Below, one piece after another: positions 1 through 11,083 of a stretch of 64,000 nt of DNA. The notes beneath the pieces are model-generated. The model did not search any database and was not told the origin of the DNA. It saw only the letters and a list, made by a program, of their open reading frames with translations. This DNA is from Tubulanus polymorphus (lineage: Eukaryota; Animalia; Nemertea). The stretch spans positions 16,276,485 to 16,340,484 of the forward strand of contig NC_134027.1 of assembly GCF_964204645.1 (NCBI RefSeq), given 5' to 3'. The translations under genes were made by a program, and so were the position numbers. The stretch's first letter is position 1; each line of letters starts with the position of its first letter.

Positions 1-738
1 GTTTAATTGGGTGAACGGCTCTGTAACTTTTTAGGGCTTGGCCCTTATTAGCTTCATACAATGTTTGGTCAAGATAAGAAATGTAACACTAGTAGCAAAT
101 TGAAGCAAAAGTTGATGGACGGATAGATGCTATGGCGTACGCTATGACAGATGAAGAGATGATGACGGATAATCCCCTTACCCTTCGGTCACCGCGGAGC
201 TTATAAATAGAAAGACAAGGAAACAGAACAAGGGATCCAGGTACACCATGCCCACTTGAGAAGTGGTTTGAAATACAACCGATTATCCGAGGCGGTCAGC
301 TCCGAGGCAACCGGAGTTTACTGAATATATGAAAGATCAAGGTAATTGATCTAGTTGTTCAATAATTAGCTGTAAATTATGAATATGAGTTCACCAATTA
401 TTATGTATTGTTTGCATGGACCACGATCGCATGCATACACTGACACAACTGTGCCATGCTTATTGAAAATGAAGGGAATTTCGAATCACGTTCAACGGTT
501 TCATAGGAATGTCTACAGTCAATTAGGCCTACTTGGATCATTTCTAGGTTGCCTGAAGTGTACACTGACGTGGCGAGATGCTGACTATTGCTACGCAATA
601 AGCTTACGTCTGCAGTGAATGAATACACACCGCCATACTGCCATTGAATGGCTTACAACTCAGCGTTAATTTTGGTCTAACTATAAAAAATAAAGACTTT
701 CAAGGACATAAGTCTTTTCCAGCAAAACAAGAGTGCTA

Positions 739-1024
739 GCTCAGGTCGACCTACGACCCGATCATCTCATCGTAAGAATCTGCGATGTTTTCATCGGGAG
801 CCATTTCGACCCAAGGTTACTTACAATCGCGACGAAATGTTCGCAGATCCATCGTAAGCTGAATCGCTAGGATAGAACAAGTTCTATCTCTACGACCCAA
901 TCAACTCGTCGTAGCCAATCAGTGACAGAGCAAGACTGCGACTGAATCGATCAGCAACCAGCGGTTACATGTTAGAAACCGCTGTTCTTACGACGAGATG
1001 ATCAGGTCGTAAGTCGACCTGAGC
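739..1024. mobile_element. MITE with ~40-bp TIRs, probably PIF/Harbinger-like
   Basis: gctcaggtcgacctacgacccgatcatctcatcgtaagaa ... ttcttacgacgagatgatcaggtcgtaagtcgacctgagc; flanks cta/tta resemble a TWA target duplication. Confidence 0.75.
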
Positions 1025-1109
1025 TTAGCTTAAGGTCATGGTTATAAGCTTTGAGTAGAAATATTCATAGCAAGGCAAAACCAAATCTTATAAGCTATAA
1101 TCATTTTAC

Positions 1110-1250
1110 CTTCTGAAGTTCAGTTTTGACTGTAATCAAATCATTCATTTTTTCATGTAACCTCATCTCCATTTTGTTATATTCTGAGTCCCTTTTATAT
1201 TTTTCAGATTTTAGCTCTGAAATTTCATCTCTTAATTCTAATAACTCTGC
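1110..1250 (-). CDS. ERC1: ERC/ELKS/CAST-family protein, internal coding exon (fourth in window)
   Basis: Acceptor ttttatatttcag, donor GTAAAA; 141 bp, phase 0/0. Encodes AELLELRDEISELKSEKYKRDSEYNKMEMRLHEKMNDLITVKTELQK; compare ERC1 ASLLDLKEHASSL...KKDSRLKTLEIALEQK. Confidence 0.85.
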
Positions 1251-1426
1251 CTGAAATATAAAACATAGCCAAAATTCAGCTTACAGTCACACCACATTTT
1301 AAGGTCATTGGGACAAAAAAATAAAGGACCAATGGTCCAGAGCCTCGCCAAACTGGTGTGAAGTAAAAAATCCGTCATGAAGGCCATCGGTATACAAAAA
1401 TTCATTTCATTGAAAATAAAAAAAGG

Positions 1427-4400
1427 AACTAGGGGTCCGGGGACACCATGCCCACTTGGAAAGTGGTTTCAAATGTAACAATTTCAATATTCGACGCCCC
1501 CTGGTGACGATATACAAAAACCAATGACCTTGAAACTCACCACAATCATAAAACATGTCTGCAGCTACGATTTTTTAATCAATTGTGATAACAAAATATT
1601 CCCCGTTACCAGTTTAATGTGGAAATACTAAGTTATTCTACTATTCAACGCCCCCTGGTGACCATATGCAAAACCCAATGAACTTGAAACTCACCACAAT
1701 CATAGAACATGTCATGAACTACATCTTTGCAATTGATCATGGTAAAATTGATGATGCAATTGATCTTAGGCAAAATATGCCTAAGTACCAATCTAATAAG
1801 GAAATACCTAGTTATTCTACTATTCAACGGTGACCTTATAGAATAACGAATGTCCTTAAAAATCACCACAATCATAGACAATGTAATGAGCTACAAGTGT
1901 GCAATTGATTGTGGTTACAAAATAGGTACATAAATAATATAGAAATTGTATTAATCAACACCCCCTGGTGGCCACATACAAAAACCAATGACCTTGAAAC
2001 TCACCAAAATCAGAGAACACGTTATGTGCTACAACTTTCCAATTGATTGTGGTAACACAATATGCTTAGTGTCAATATTATGTGGAAAAACTTTTACCCA
2101 CCTACGAATGAGTACTGATCGACACCAAGATGGCTGCCAATTGCGTCATAATGGGCTGATCAAAAAACCTGTCTCAGGTATAAAACATTCCTTTCCAAAG
2201 AATACCCATCACAAATTGCAATGCTACAGGACTCATGACATTTTTGGGCACTAAAAAGGTCACAGGACGGCCATCTTGAGTCCATTCGACCCAATTTTTC
2301 TTATGCTGATGGGCCCTTGAGGGATTAAAATATATACCAAAGATCAAAGCAATTGATTAAAGCGTCTTCAAAATTTCCCTCAAAAAGTTCAAAACTGTGT
2401 AAGGGGTCCAGGGAGACCATGCCCACTTGGGAAGTGGTTTCAAATGCTCAACAATCTAACAATTTCAATATTCAACGCCCCCTGGTGACCATATACAAAA
2501 ACCAATGACCTTGAAACTTACCACAATCATAGAACATGTCAGCAGCTACGATTTAGTAATTGATTGATTATCTAGTTACCAATTTAATATGGAAATACTA
2601 AGTTATTCTACTATTCAATGGCCCCTGGTGACCATATTCAAAACCCAATAACCTTGTAACTCACCACAATCATAGAACATGTCATGAACTACAACTTTGC
2701 AATTGATCATGGTAACAATATATGCCTAGGTACCAATATAATAAAGAAATACTAGGTTATTCTACTAATCAACGCCCCCTGGTGATCATATAGAATAACT
2801 AATGTCCTTAAAACTCGCAACAACTATAGATGATGTCATGAGCTACAACTTTGCAATCGATTGTGGTAACAGAATATGTATTGGGACAAATATAATATAG
2901 AAATACTATGATATTGTATTATTCAACGCCCCCTGGTAGCCAGATACAACTAGGGGTCCAGGGACACCATGGCCACTTGGGAAGTTGTTCCAAATACTCA
3001 ACAATCTAACAATTTCAATATTTAACGCCCCCTGGTGACCATATACAAAAACCAATGACCTTGTAACTCATCACAATCATAGAACATGTCAGCAGCTACG
3101 ATTTTGTAATTGATTGTGATAACAAAATATGGCTCGTTACCAATTAAATATGGAAATACTAAGTTATTCTACTATTCAACGCCCCCTGGTGACCATATTC
3201 AAAACCCAATGACCTTGAAACTCGCCATAATCAAAGAACATGTCACGAACTATAACTTTGTAATTGATCATGGTAACAAAATATGCCTAGGTACCAATAT
3301 AATAAGGAAATACTAAGTTATTCTACCATTCAACGCCCCATGGTGACCATATAGAATAACTAATGGCCTTAAAACTTGCCACAATCATAGATGATGTCAT
3401 GAGCTACAACTTTGCAATAGATTGGGGTTACAAAATATGCATTGATACGAATATAATATAGAAATACTAAGATATTGCATTATTCAACGCCCCCTGGTGG
3501 CCATATACAAAAACCAATGACCTTGAAACTCACCACAATCATAGAACACTTTATGAGCTACAAGTTTCTAATTAATTGTGGAGACAAAATATGCTTAGGT
3601 ATCAATATAATGTGGAAAAACATTTTCCCACCTACGAATAGTACTGATGACACCAACATGGCCGCCAATTGCGTCATAATTGCCTGATGAAAAATACCTG
3701 TCTTAGGTATTAAACATGCCTTTTCAAAGAATACCCATCACAAATTGCAATGAGAAATGGCAAACCAGTAGGGAGCTACAGGACTCAGAATTCGGGCCAA
3801 AATTGACATTTTTGGGCATTAAAAAAGGTCATAGGACGGTCATCTTGAGTCCGATCGACCCAATATTTGTTATGCTGATGGGCCCTGGGAAGATTCACAT
3901 ACATCCGAAAGATCATGCTAATTGATCAAAGCGTCTTCAAAATTTCCCTCAAAAAGTTCAAAAATGTGTAAAAAGTGTTGATTTTGGAGAACAACAATGG
4001 CTGCCAGTCGGCAATCTTGATTCTGACAGGACCAGTTTTTGGGCTGAAGATGTGTCTAGGGCAGATACACGTGTAACCCAAATATAAAGACATTACATTG
4101 AAGCGTCTTCAAAACTTCCCAAAATAACTGGATTCCGTCTACGGACGGATGAACGCTACGACGGACGGATGAACGCTACGACGGACGAAAAGTGAACGCA
4201 ATAGCCCGCTGGGACTAAAGTCCCAAGTGGGCTAAAAACCAACGAACTTGAAACTCACCACAATATAATGTCGAAAAACTTTTTCCCAACTACGAATGAG
4301 TACTGATGACACCAAGATGGCCACCAATTGCGTCATAATTGGCTGATCAAAAATACCTACCTCAGGTGTAAAACATCCCTTTCAGAATACCAATCAGCAA

Positions 4401-4780
4401 TTGCAATGAGAAATGGCAAACCAGTAGGAAGCTACAGGACTCATGGCAGACGCTATAACAGAAGGACGACGGACGAAAAGTGAATGCAATAGCTTGCTGG
4501 GACTAAAGTCTCAAGTGGGCTAAAAAGTGCTGATTTTGGCGGACAACAATGGCTACAAGTTGGCCATCTTGATTCTCACAGGGCCAGTTTTGGGCTTAAG
4601 ATGTGTCTAGGGTAGATACATGTGTAACCCAAATATCAAGACATTACATTGAAGCTTCTTTTCAAAACTTCCCAAAATATCTGGATTCTGTCTACGGCTG
4701 GCAGACGCTATAACAGACGGACGACGGACGAAAAGTGAACGCCATAGCCCGCTGGGACTTAGGTCCCAAGTGGGCTAAAA
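1427..4780 (+). mobile_element. Tandem cluster of Helentron-associated non-autonomous elements (HINE/DINE-1/pearl-like) with ~153-bp internal repeats
   Basis: Heads (aact)aggggtcc.gggacaccatgcccacttggga at ~1427, 2402 and 2948. Subterminal inverted repeat gcccacttggga/tcccaagtgggc; GACG/ACGG microsatellite at ~4140-4190; 3' stem-loop tagcccgctgggactaaagtcccaagtgggcta at 4202-4234, ~4490-4522 and ~4745-4777; four ~153-bp units per copy. Confidence 0.8.
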
Positions 4781-4782
4781 AA

Positions 4783-5300
4783 TGAGAGCCTGGATTTCAT
4801 CGGAGGTTTTTCATAATCATACAGACCAATCAGGACTGAAGCTCCAATAGGATTTCTTTTAGTAGGCAGGCAAGCTTACATCTTCACTCAAGACAAATCG
4901 TTGTCACGTGCGACCTACACTGTGGCGCGGGTTATCTATAACTGATACATACACGCAGTGAACACAAGCGTATAAGGCGATATCACGGTCCCGCAATTAA
5001 CAAATAAATGAAAATAATCAGGTTCCAAAACCGATTACTAATGAGAACGATTAATGATTAAAAATAAGTATTCCAGTCGTGTAAATATCAGACCCATCTT
5101 TAAAAATTCGATGCTATATCAGCTGATCAGTTTCATTAATGAATCAGCCGTGTGACGGAAGTAAGTTTCCGCACTTTGAAACCAAATTTTTCGTCAAATA
5201 TCTTGATGCAACGTTACCTTATGCACAGGATTTCAAAACTTGATGAATCATTGTCTTAACACGTTAAATCATTACGCCTTGAGTATCAGTATTCGCGCTA
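4783..5300 (+). repeat. Dispersed repeat, homologous to ~31055-31600; its upstream part lies at ~1320-1425 (homologous to ~30810-30910)
   Basis: Colinear shared blocks, e.g. cctgg.tttcatcggagg, tttagtaggcaggcaag, ttatctataactgata, tatcagctgatcagt. Confidence 0.7.
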
Positions 5301-5624
5301 GAATGAATATCAACCTATTCAATTGTACCGCCATTTTGTTAAGTGAAATAATGCGCACCTGCTGATCCACCTCATTACCATATTTAATGCAATGACGTCA
5401 TGAGGGAGGTCAAACCGGGTCAACACAAATTGTATATAACTGAGATTTGGGGGGGTTTCGTCTTTGAAAGCCCATAACTACCGAACCAAGCGTCGGATCT
5501 TGATGAGATAAAGTTCTTCCCACGCAAATAGCATTGAATTTCCACACGCGTTATTTTGGACAGTTAAAGATGCTGCATAAAAAACGTGCTCAAACAAATC
5601 GAATTTTTGACACTTTTTGGTAAA

Positions 5625-5870
5625 TTTGGCGATTGGGTAGCAGGACTGTCGACCGGGCTCGGTCTCGGGGCTCTCGATCCTCTTGAGCCTGGGTTGAAGT
5701 GGACATTGTCATTTGAACAATAGGCTTGTTTATGTTATTCTGTATGAATTACGCATGTGTTTTGTATGTTGTGTTTTCTTATTTTAAAATTTGTAACTAT
5801 ATTGAATTTGGGAATCGTATATGTAACGTTTAACATAAGGATCAATAAAGAATTGAATTGAATTGTCACC
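5625..5870 (+). repeat. Dispersed retroposon-like 3' end, second copy at ~17738-18157
   Basis: Both copies share ttggcgattgggtag...cttgag.ctgggttgaagt.gacattgtcattt...taaggatcaataaag followed by an (attga)n tail. Confidence 0.65.
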
Positions 5871-8042
5871 TTAAACACATGTCATCAGAGAACGCGGAGC
5901 CGTATATGACAGCTTTGCTATTATCAATTGCTAATCGGGATCGTTTTCATGCAGCCGGCATACGAGCAATCCTAATATCGTAAATATTTTTTAAAATATT
6001 TGAATATTGAAATTACATGTATATTACACATTTTTATATTGACCGCTTGTAGCCGCCGATAGAATTCACGCCGGCCCTACACAGATAGCTTCGTCATTCC
6101 ACCAGCATCCCCATTCAGGTTCTTATTTTCATATCAGACTTCCAAATTGTGTATACATCTGCCATTTATAATAATCCAATTTACATTTATTGTTATATAG
6201 GTAAGGGGTTAAAACAAAGTCACGAGACTTTTGAAGAATGCTTTGTAAACCCCAGAGGGCTTTTGAGCGCTGTACGAACAAGATGGAAAAATAAAATACG
6301 GATTCGTGATTACTACAGTTAATTGTCATTCTTTGATTCATCGACGAACAAACCGAAGAGGAACACAACATAGTGCAGAACCCGGGCATCTTTAGTCTAG
6401 TACCTAGCCGTCGTTCTACAAACAACAGTAACAACGACTGGTATTCAGACTAAAATCTTATGCTGTAGTTTTGAAATTTTGTTCGTCGTCGCCTCTACGT
6501 ACATGCAAAAATATCGGTAAATTTAAAATGTTTTAATCAAACCGGATCAAGACAGTTGTTTAAATAATAACGTCGTCGAACGCCGTTGTCGTTGCTTGTG
6601 TTACTGATACTGATCGGAGGAATTAAAAGCATGCAGCTTATTCAGTAAACAACAGTTAATTTGAATTCGTTGTCTGGCCGACATAACAGATCAACATCGA
6701 GAAGTCACTTTTTATGCGTATGGAAAAGAATTTTTTTCTATCTTGCTGGACTTTCCTTATTCATATGGACATGGACATATATTAACGCACGTGGTCGACA
6801 TCGTCAACCTTTCAACCGGAAGTCTACAACCCATAGAATCGGAACTTCTTTAGCATTGACCCGTGACCCGGAACGTCATCACGTAACACCGGAAGTGATC
6901 GTCATTGCGGGAAATACCAAACCAGGAAGTAAACTTACAACTTTCTTGAATTTTTGGAGCGAATCGACTGGACGTCATAAACTACTACTCTACTATTGGA
7001 CACTGGCCTACTAATACGATGATGCGATGAACATTTGATAACTCAAGAGTCATTCGAATCAAACTCTAGATAAACTATCTATTTTGGGCATTAAATTTGG
7101 ATAAATTTTGTGCAAAAGACAATTTAAATAATTCATTTCACATCTATTTTAGTAAGTATTATAAATTACGTATAGGCCTATTTGGTTAAGTACATAAATT
7201 GTATGAATCTGGAATTTTTTGTGAGGTTGGAGTGTTTCAGAGAGCATCAAGTCTCCAGTGTGTGGTCTATTTTATTTTTGACTGTGTCTGTGACACCCAC
7301 AGCCCCTTGTATTTGTTCTACGGGTGTTGCTAAACCTTTTTTATAATTTGCCATCTTCTGCTAAAAGGATAGATAACTATGATTATTACATTAATAATCA
7401 AGTAACCTGTACATTTTGTTTTAAGAAGGGACATGTCTGGAAGAAATGCTTCCAATACCTGCGGCTGGTATGGGATGCAGAATCTTCGCAAGCCCCTAGG
7501 ATTCAATCTAGCCAGACCAGCCAGAATCAACGACCCTACAATAATCAACAACCTTATTTTCAGGGATTGTACAATCATCGGGGTAATCAGGATTTTTAGG
7601 TGCGGGTGAATCAAGACCGGCAAATGAGTCACCCGACACTTCAAAATTTTTAGGTGATAACCCAGTTGAAATACACCTTTCTCCCACAAATTACGTTAAA
7701 GGTTATTTACAAGACGCACAGGGTATTCTTTTATTATTTGACTCTGGTGCTACACAAACATTTATTTCAGGTTCTTGTGTTAAAAACTCCATATATCTGT
7801 CTTCATTGCAGAAGCGAAACATTAAGCCTATCCATTAGGAAATGATAGGAAATGGTCAGTTTTTAGAAGCTAACCAAAGTATTACGTTTCAGGTGACCAT
7901 TCAGGGCCAGAAACTGGTATTCACGCAGTCATAGCGGAAAATTTGACTGGTCCAGATGTACTTGGAGGAACGTCTACCATGAAAGAACTTGGAGGAAATT
8001 TAGATTTTACCACGGATAAATTCACGATTCGTCCCAGGAAAG

Positions 8043-10790
8043 GTGTGGTTCACGACCCGTCAAGACCTTACTATAGGGCCTGGAGCATCTAAAATTGTCA
8101 ATGTCAAAGGCAAAGTTCCCAAGATTTTAAAGAATTCTGAGGTTCTTTTAGAGCCGTGTACACATATGCAGAGGTTTTGTCCATCTACGATGTGTGTGAA
8201 GTTGAACAAAGGTTCATGTTCAGTTAGGGTAACCAATGTTAATTCAAAACACCTGCAGCTTCGTTCGGATAAACCACTGTGTTTTACAGATCTTGGAAAT
8301 TTTATTCATGTCACTCATTATATTTCAGATAGCCCTGTAGAAAATCTATTTTCTGATACTGTTCAGGTTGGTAAGACACCATCGCAGATTTTTAAAGAGT
8401 CGATTGAACTTTCAGATGAATTTTCAGTTTTAGGTAGTGGTGAGCAACAAGATGTTCTTAATTTACTTTTGAAACACAGGGAGGCTTTTAGCCTTTATGG
8501 TGAAATTGGTAAATGTCCTGATTTTCTAGTCGATATTCAGCAGAAAGACACTACCCCTTTTTACATAAGACCGTACCCAGTATCTGAAGAGAACAAGCAA
8601 AATATTGACAGAGAATTGCATAAATTAGTTAAACTGGGAGTATTAGAAAAGGGATGTTCACCATACTGTAGCCCGTGCTTCTTGATTAAGAAACCGAACA
8701 CCAAAGAGGTGCGTTGTGTAACTGATTTCCGTCATTTAAATGCTCGTGTTGTTACAGCACAGCAGAATTATTTGTCATTACAGGATGTGCTCAGAAAGTT
8801 GGGGAAATCTAATGCCAAGGTTATTAGTGTCATTGATCTGAAAAGTGCTTTCCATACATTACTACCATTATCTTCTAGGACACGAAAGTACACAGGAATG
8901 TGTCCTTATCCTGGATCTCCCATGTACATGTACAAACGTTTACCTATGGGTCTTAATCTTTCACCTGCATTATGGCAACAAAAGATTAACAAAATTTTTT
9001 CAGAGATACCAAATAGTAACTCGTTCTGTATTGCTATACATGGTGACATCATAGTTTTTTCAAACTCTGTTTCAGAACATAAGCAACATCTAGACAGTAT
9101 ATTTTCAGCTTTGGAGAAATATCAACTGAAAATAACACCTCGGAAGTGCAGACTTTTCAAGAGACAAGTTACTTATGTTGACCATATCATTTCTATTTCT
9201 TCAGATGGAATTATACAAGTTAGAGCAATGGGAGAGAAGTGCGCGGCTATTCGAAACATGAAGAAACCATCAACACCCAAGGAAGTTAGAAGGTTTATCG
9301 GTGCCGTTAATTATTTATCGATGTATCTTCCAAAATTACAGGAACTTCTAAAACTCTTATAATTTCTTACTAGAAAGAACAAACAGTTTATATGGACAAA
9401 GGAGCATGACAATAATTTTCAGAAGATCGAAGATTTATTGCTCGATCCACCCGTGTTATGTGCAGCACAAGGCAATGGAAAATTTGTATCTGTTTTCAGA
9501 CACAAGCAAGTAAACGACTGGTGCAGCTTTGTATCAAGTTATCGAAGGAAAAGAACGTTTGATAGCTTACCATTCTAAAACCCTTCCCAGTGCCGCAGTT
9601 TCATACTCCGTTAGTGAGCTAGAATTGTATGGTCTTTGGATAAACGTTACAGCCTTTAAGTATATTTTACAGTCTCAATCGTTTCATTGCTTCGTTGATC
9701 ATTCCGCTTTGGTCCATATTTATGCTTCAAAGAATCAACCCCCTACATTGAGGTTGCAAAAATTACAATTTTTTGAACTAAAATTTGTATTTCCGAGTAG
9801 TACTTACCCTTTCCTATGGTACTTACAGTACTCGACGGAAATATTAATTGAACGTTGGTCAAACTATTGTTTTGATATTTCATATTGTAAAGGTGCAGAT
9901 CTTGTAGTTGCAGATTTTTTTAGTAGAGCACCCAGAAATGATGACACTGAGTTCGATAGGACCAAGGTGCAGATCTTGTAGTTGCAGATTTTTTTAGTAG
10001 AGCACCCAGAAATGATGACACTGAGTTCGATAGGACCAAGCCTATAGCGTTTTTCTCACAAGAAACTGACTACGCTTTTCCATTTAGGGCAAACAAGTTT
10101 GAGAGACCAGTAACAAGGAGCCACGCTGAGAAAATGAATTTACCTATTAAACCATTATTTTCAGGTAAAGAAAAAAGTAAGTTATTGGTTGCTAACAATA
10201 ATCCTATTTCAGAGCATCACAACGACCGTACAACGTCTGTTTTGAATAAAAGAGCTACGCCTGACAACAGTGCTTCAGACTCAGTAAGTCAACAACCCGA
10301 GTCCATTCAACGGAGAAGGCCGAACCCTGTATCGGTTCGACTGCCAACACCCAACGTTGAAGAGCCTACATTAGTTTATACCTCATATCAGGTACCAGAC
10401 GATGGTCCTACGCAAGAATTTCCAGAATTTCTGAAAAAACCTGTGCCGCTTATTTCAGATATACGAGAATTTGAAGCTAAACACATACCCAATCAAGGCG
10501 AATTAAATTAGGTGCTGAAGATAATCAAACGTAAGGTTATTCGTGATTTTAACTTACCCTATGATGCGCAACAGTTTAAATTAGCTCAGCAGTGTGATGC
10601 CCGTATTAAACCCATTTATGACTATTTAACTCATAACATCTTACCGAGTGACAGGAAGGCAGCAAGGATGATACGTCTACGAGCTGAACAGTTCATAATT
10701 TGTAATGATATTATTTTCAGACTTCTGTTTTTGAATAAGTCAGGCCAATTCTGCTTACAGCTTGTCGTACCAGAGAAATTTATAGACTCT
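8043..10790 (+). pseudogene. Gypsy pol fragment (RT, RNase H, start of integrase) with stops and frameshifts
   Basis: ORFs 8043-9362, 9529-9981, 10134-10511 and 10512-; the catalytic motif reads IHGD instead of xxDD. Confidence 0.85.
9889..10040 (+). repeat. ~75-bp perfect tandem duplication in Gypsy RNase H region
   Basis: aaggtgcagatcttgtagttgcagatttttttagtagagcacccagaaatgatgacactgagttcgataggacc occurs twice head to tail. Confidence 0.9.
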
Positions 10791-11083
10791 CTTCTAGGTT
10801 CAAGTTCAAGTTCAAATTTATTTCACAGAAAGCTTGACAGGCTATTTACACAGGTTGAGAGAAAACAAACAATAAAATTTACAAATTTTTTAAACAAAGC
10901 ACAATTATAAAAAGAGAGAGAGAGAACAGTAGCTTTCAGTGTGGGCCAAGCAAAGCCTTTCGGCCGCTGTCGCAAGCACCCAGGGAAAAAAACGAAAGGG
11001 AAATGAAGAAATAAAGGGGAAGGAAATGAAAGTTGATGATTTTTGATAATTTCAGGAGAGTTTATATGAGTAAGCTAGAGGGT

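Noticed and set aside
1480-3520. Regularly spaced repeats resembling a CRISPR array
   Set aside because: The whole ~153-bp unit is repeated with no unique spacers, the context is eukaryotic, and there are no cas genes.
6560-7300. Possible 5' LTR/leader of the first Gypsy element (several ccggaagt motifs)
   Set aside because: No partner LTR or clear PBS in the window, so boundaries cannot be supported.
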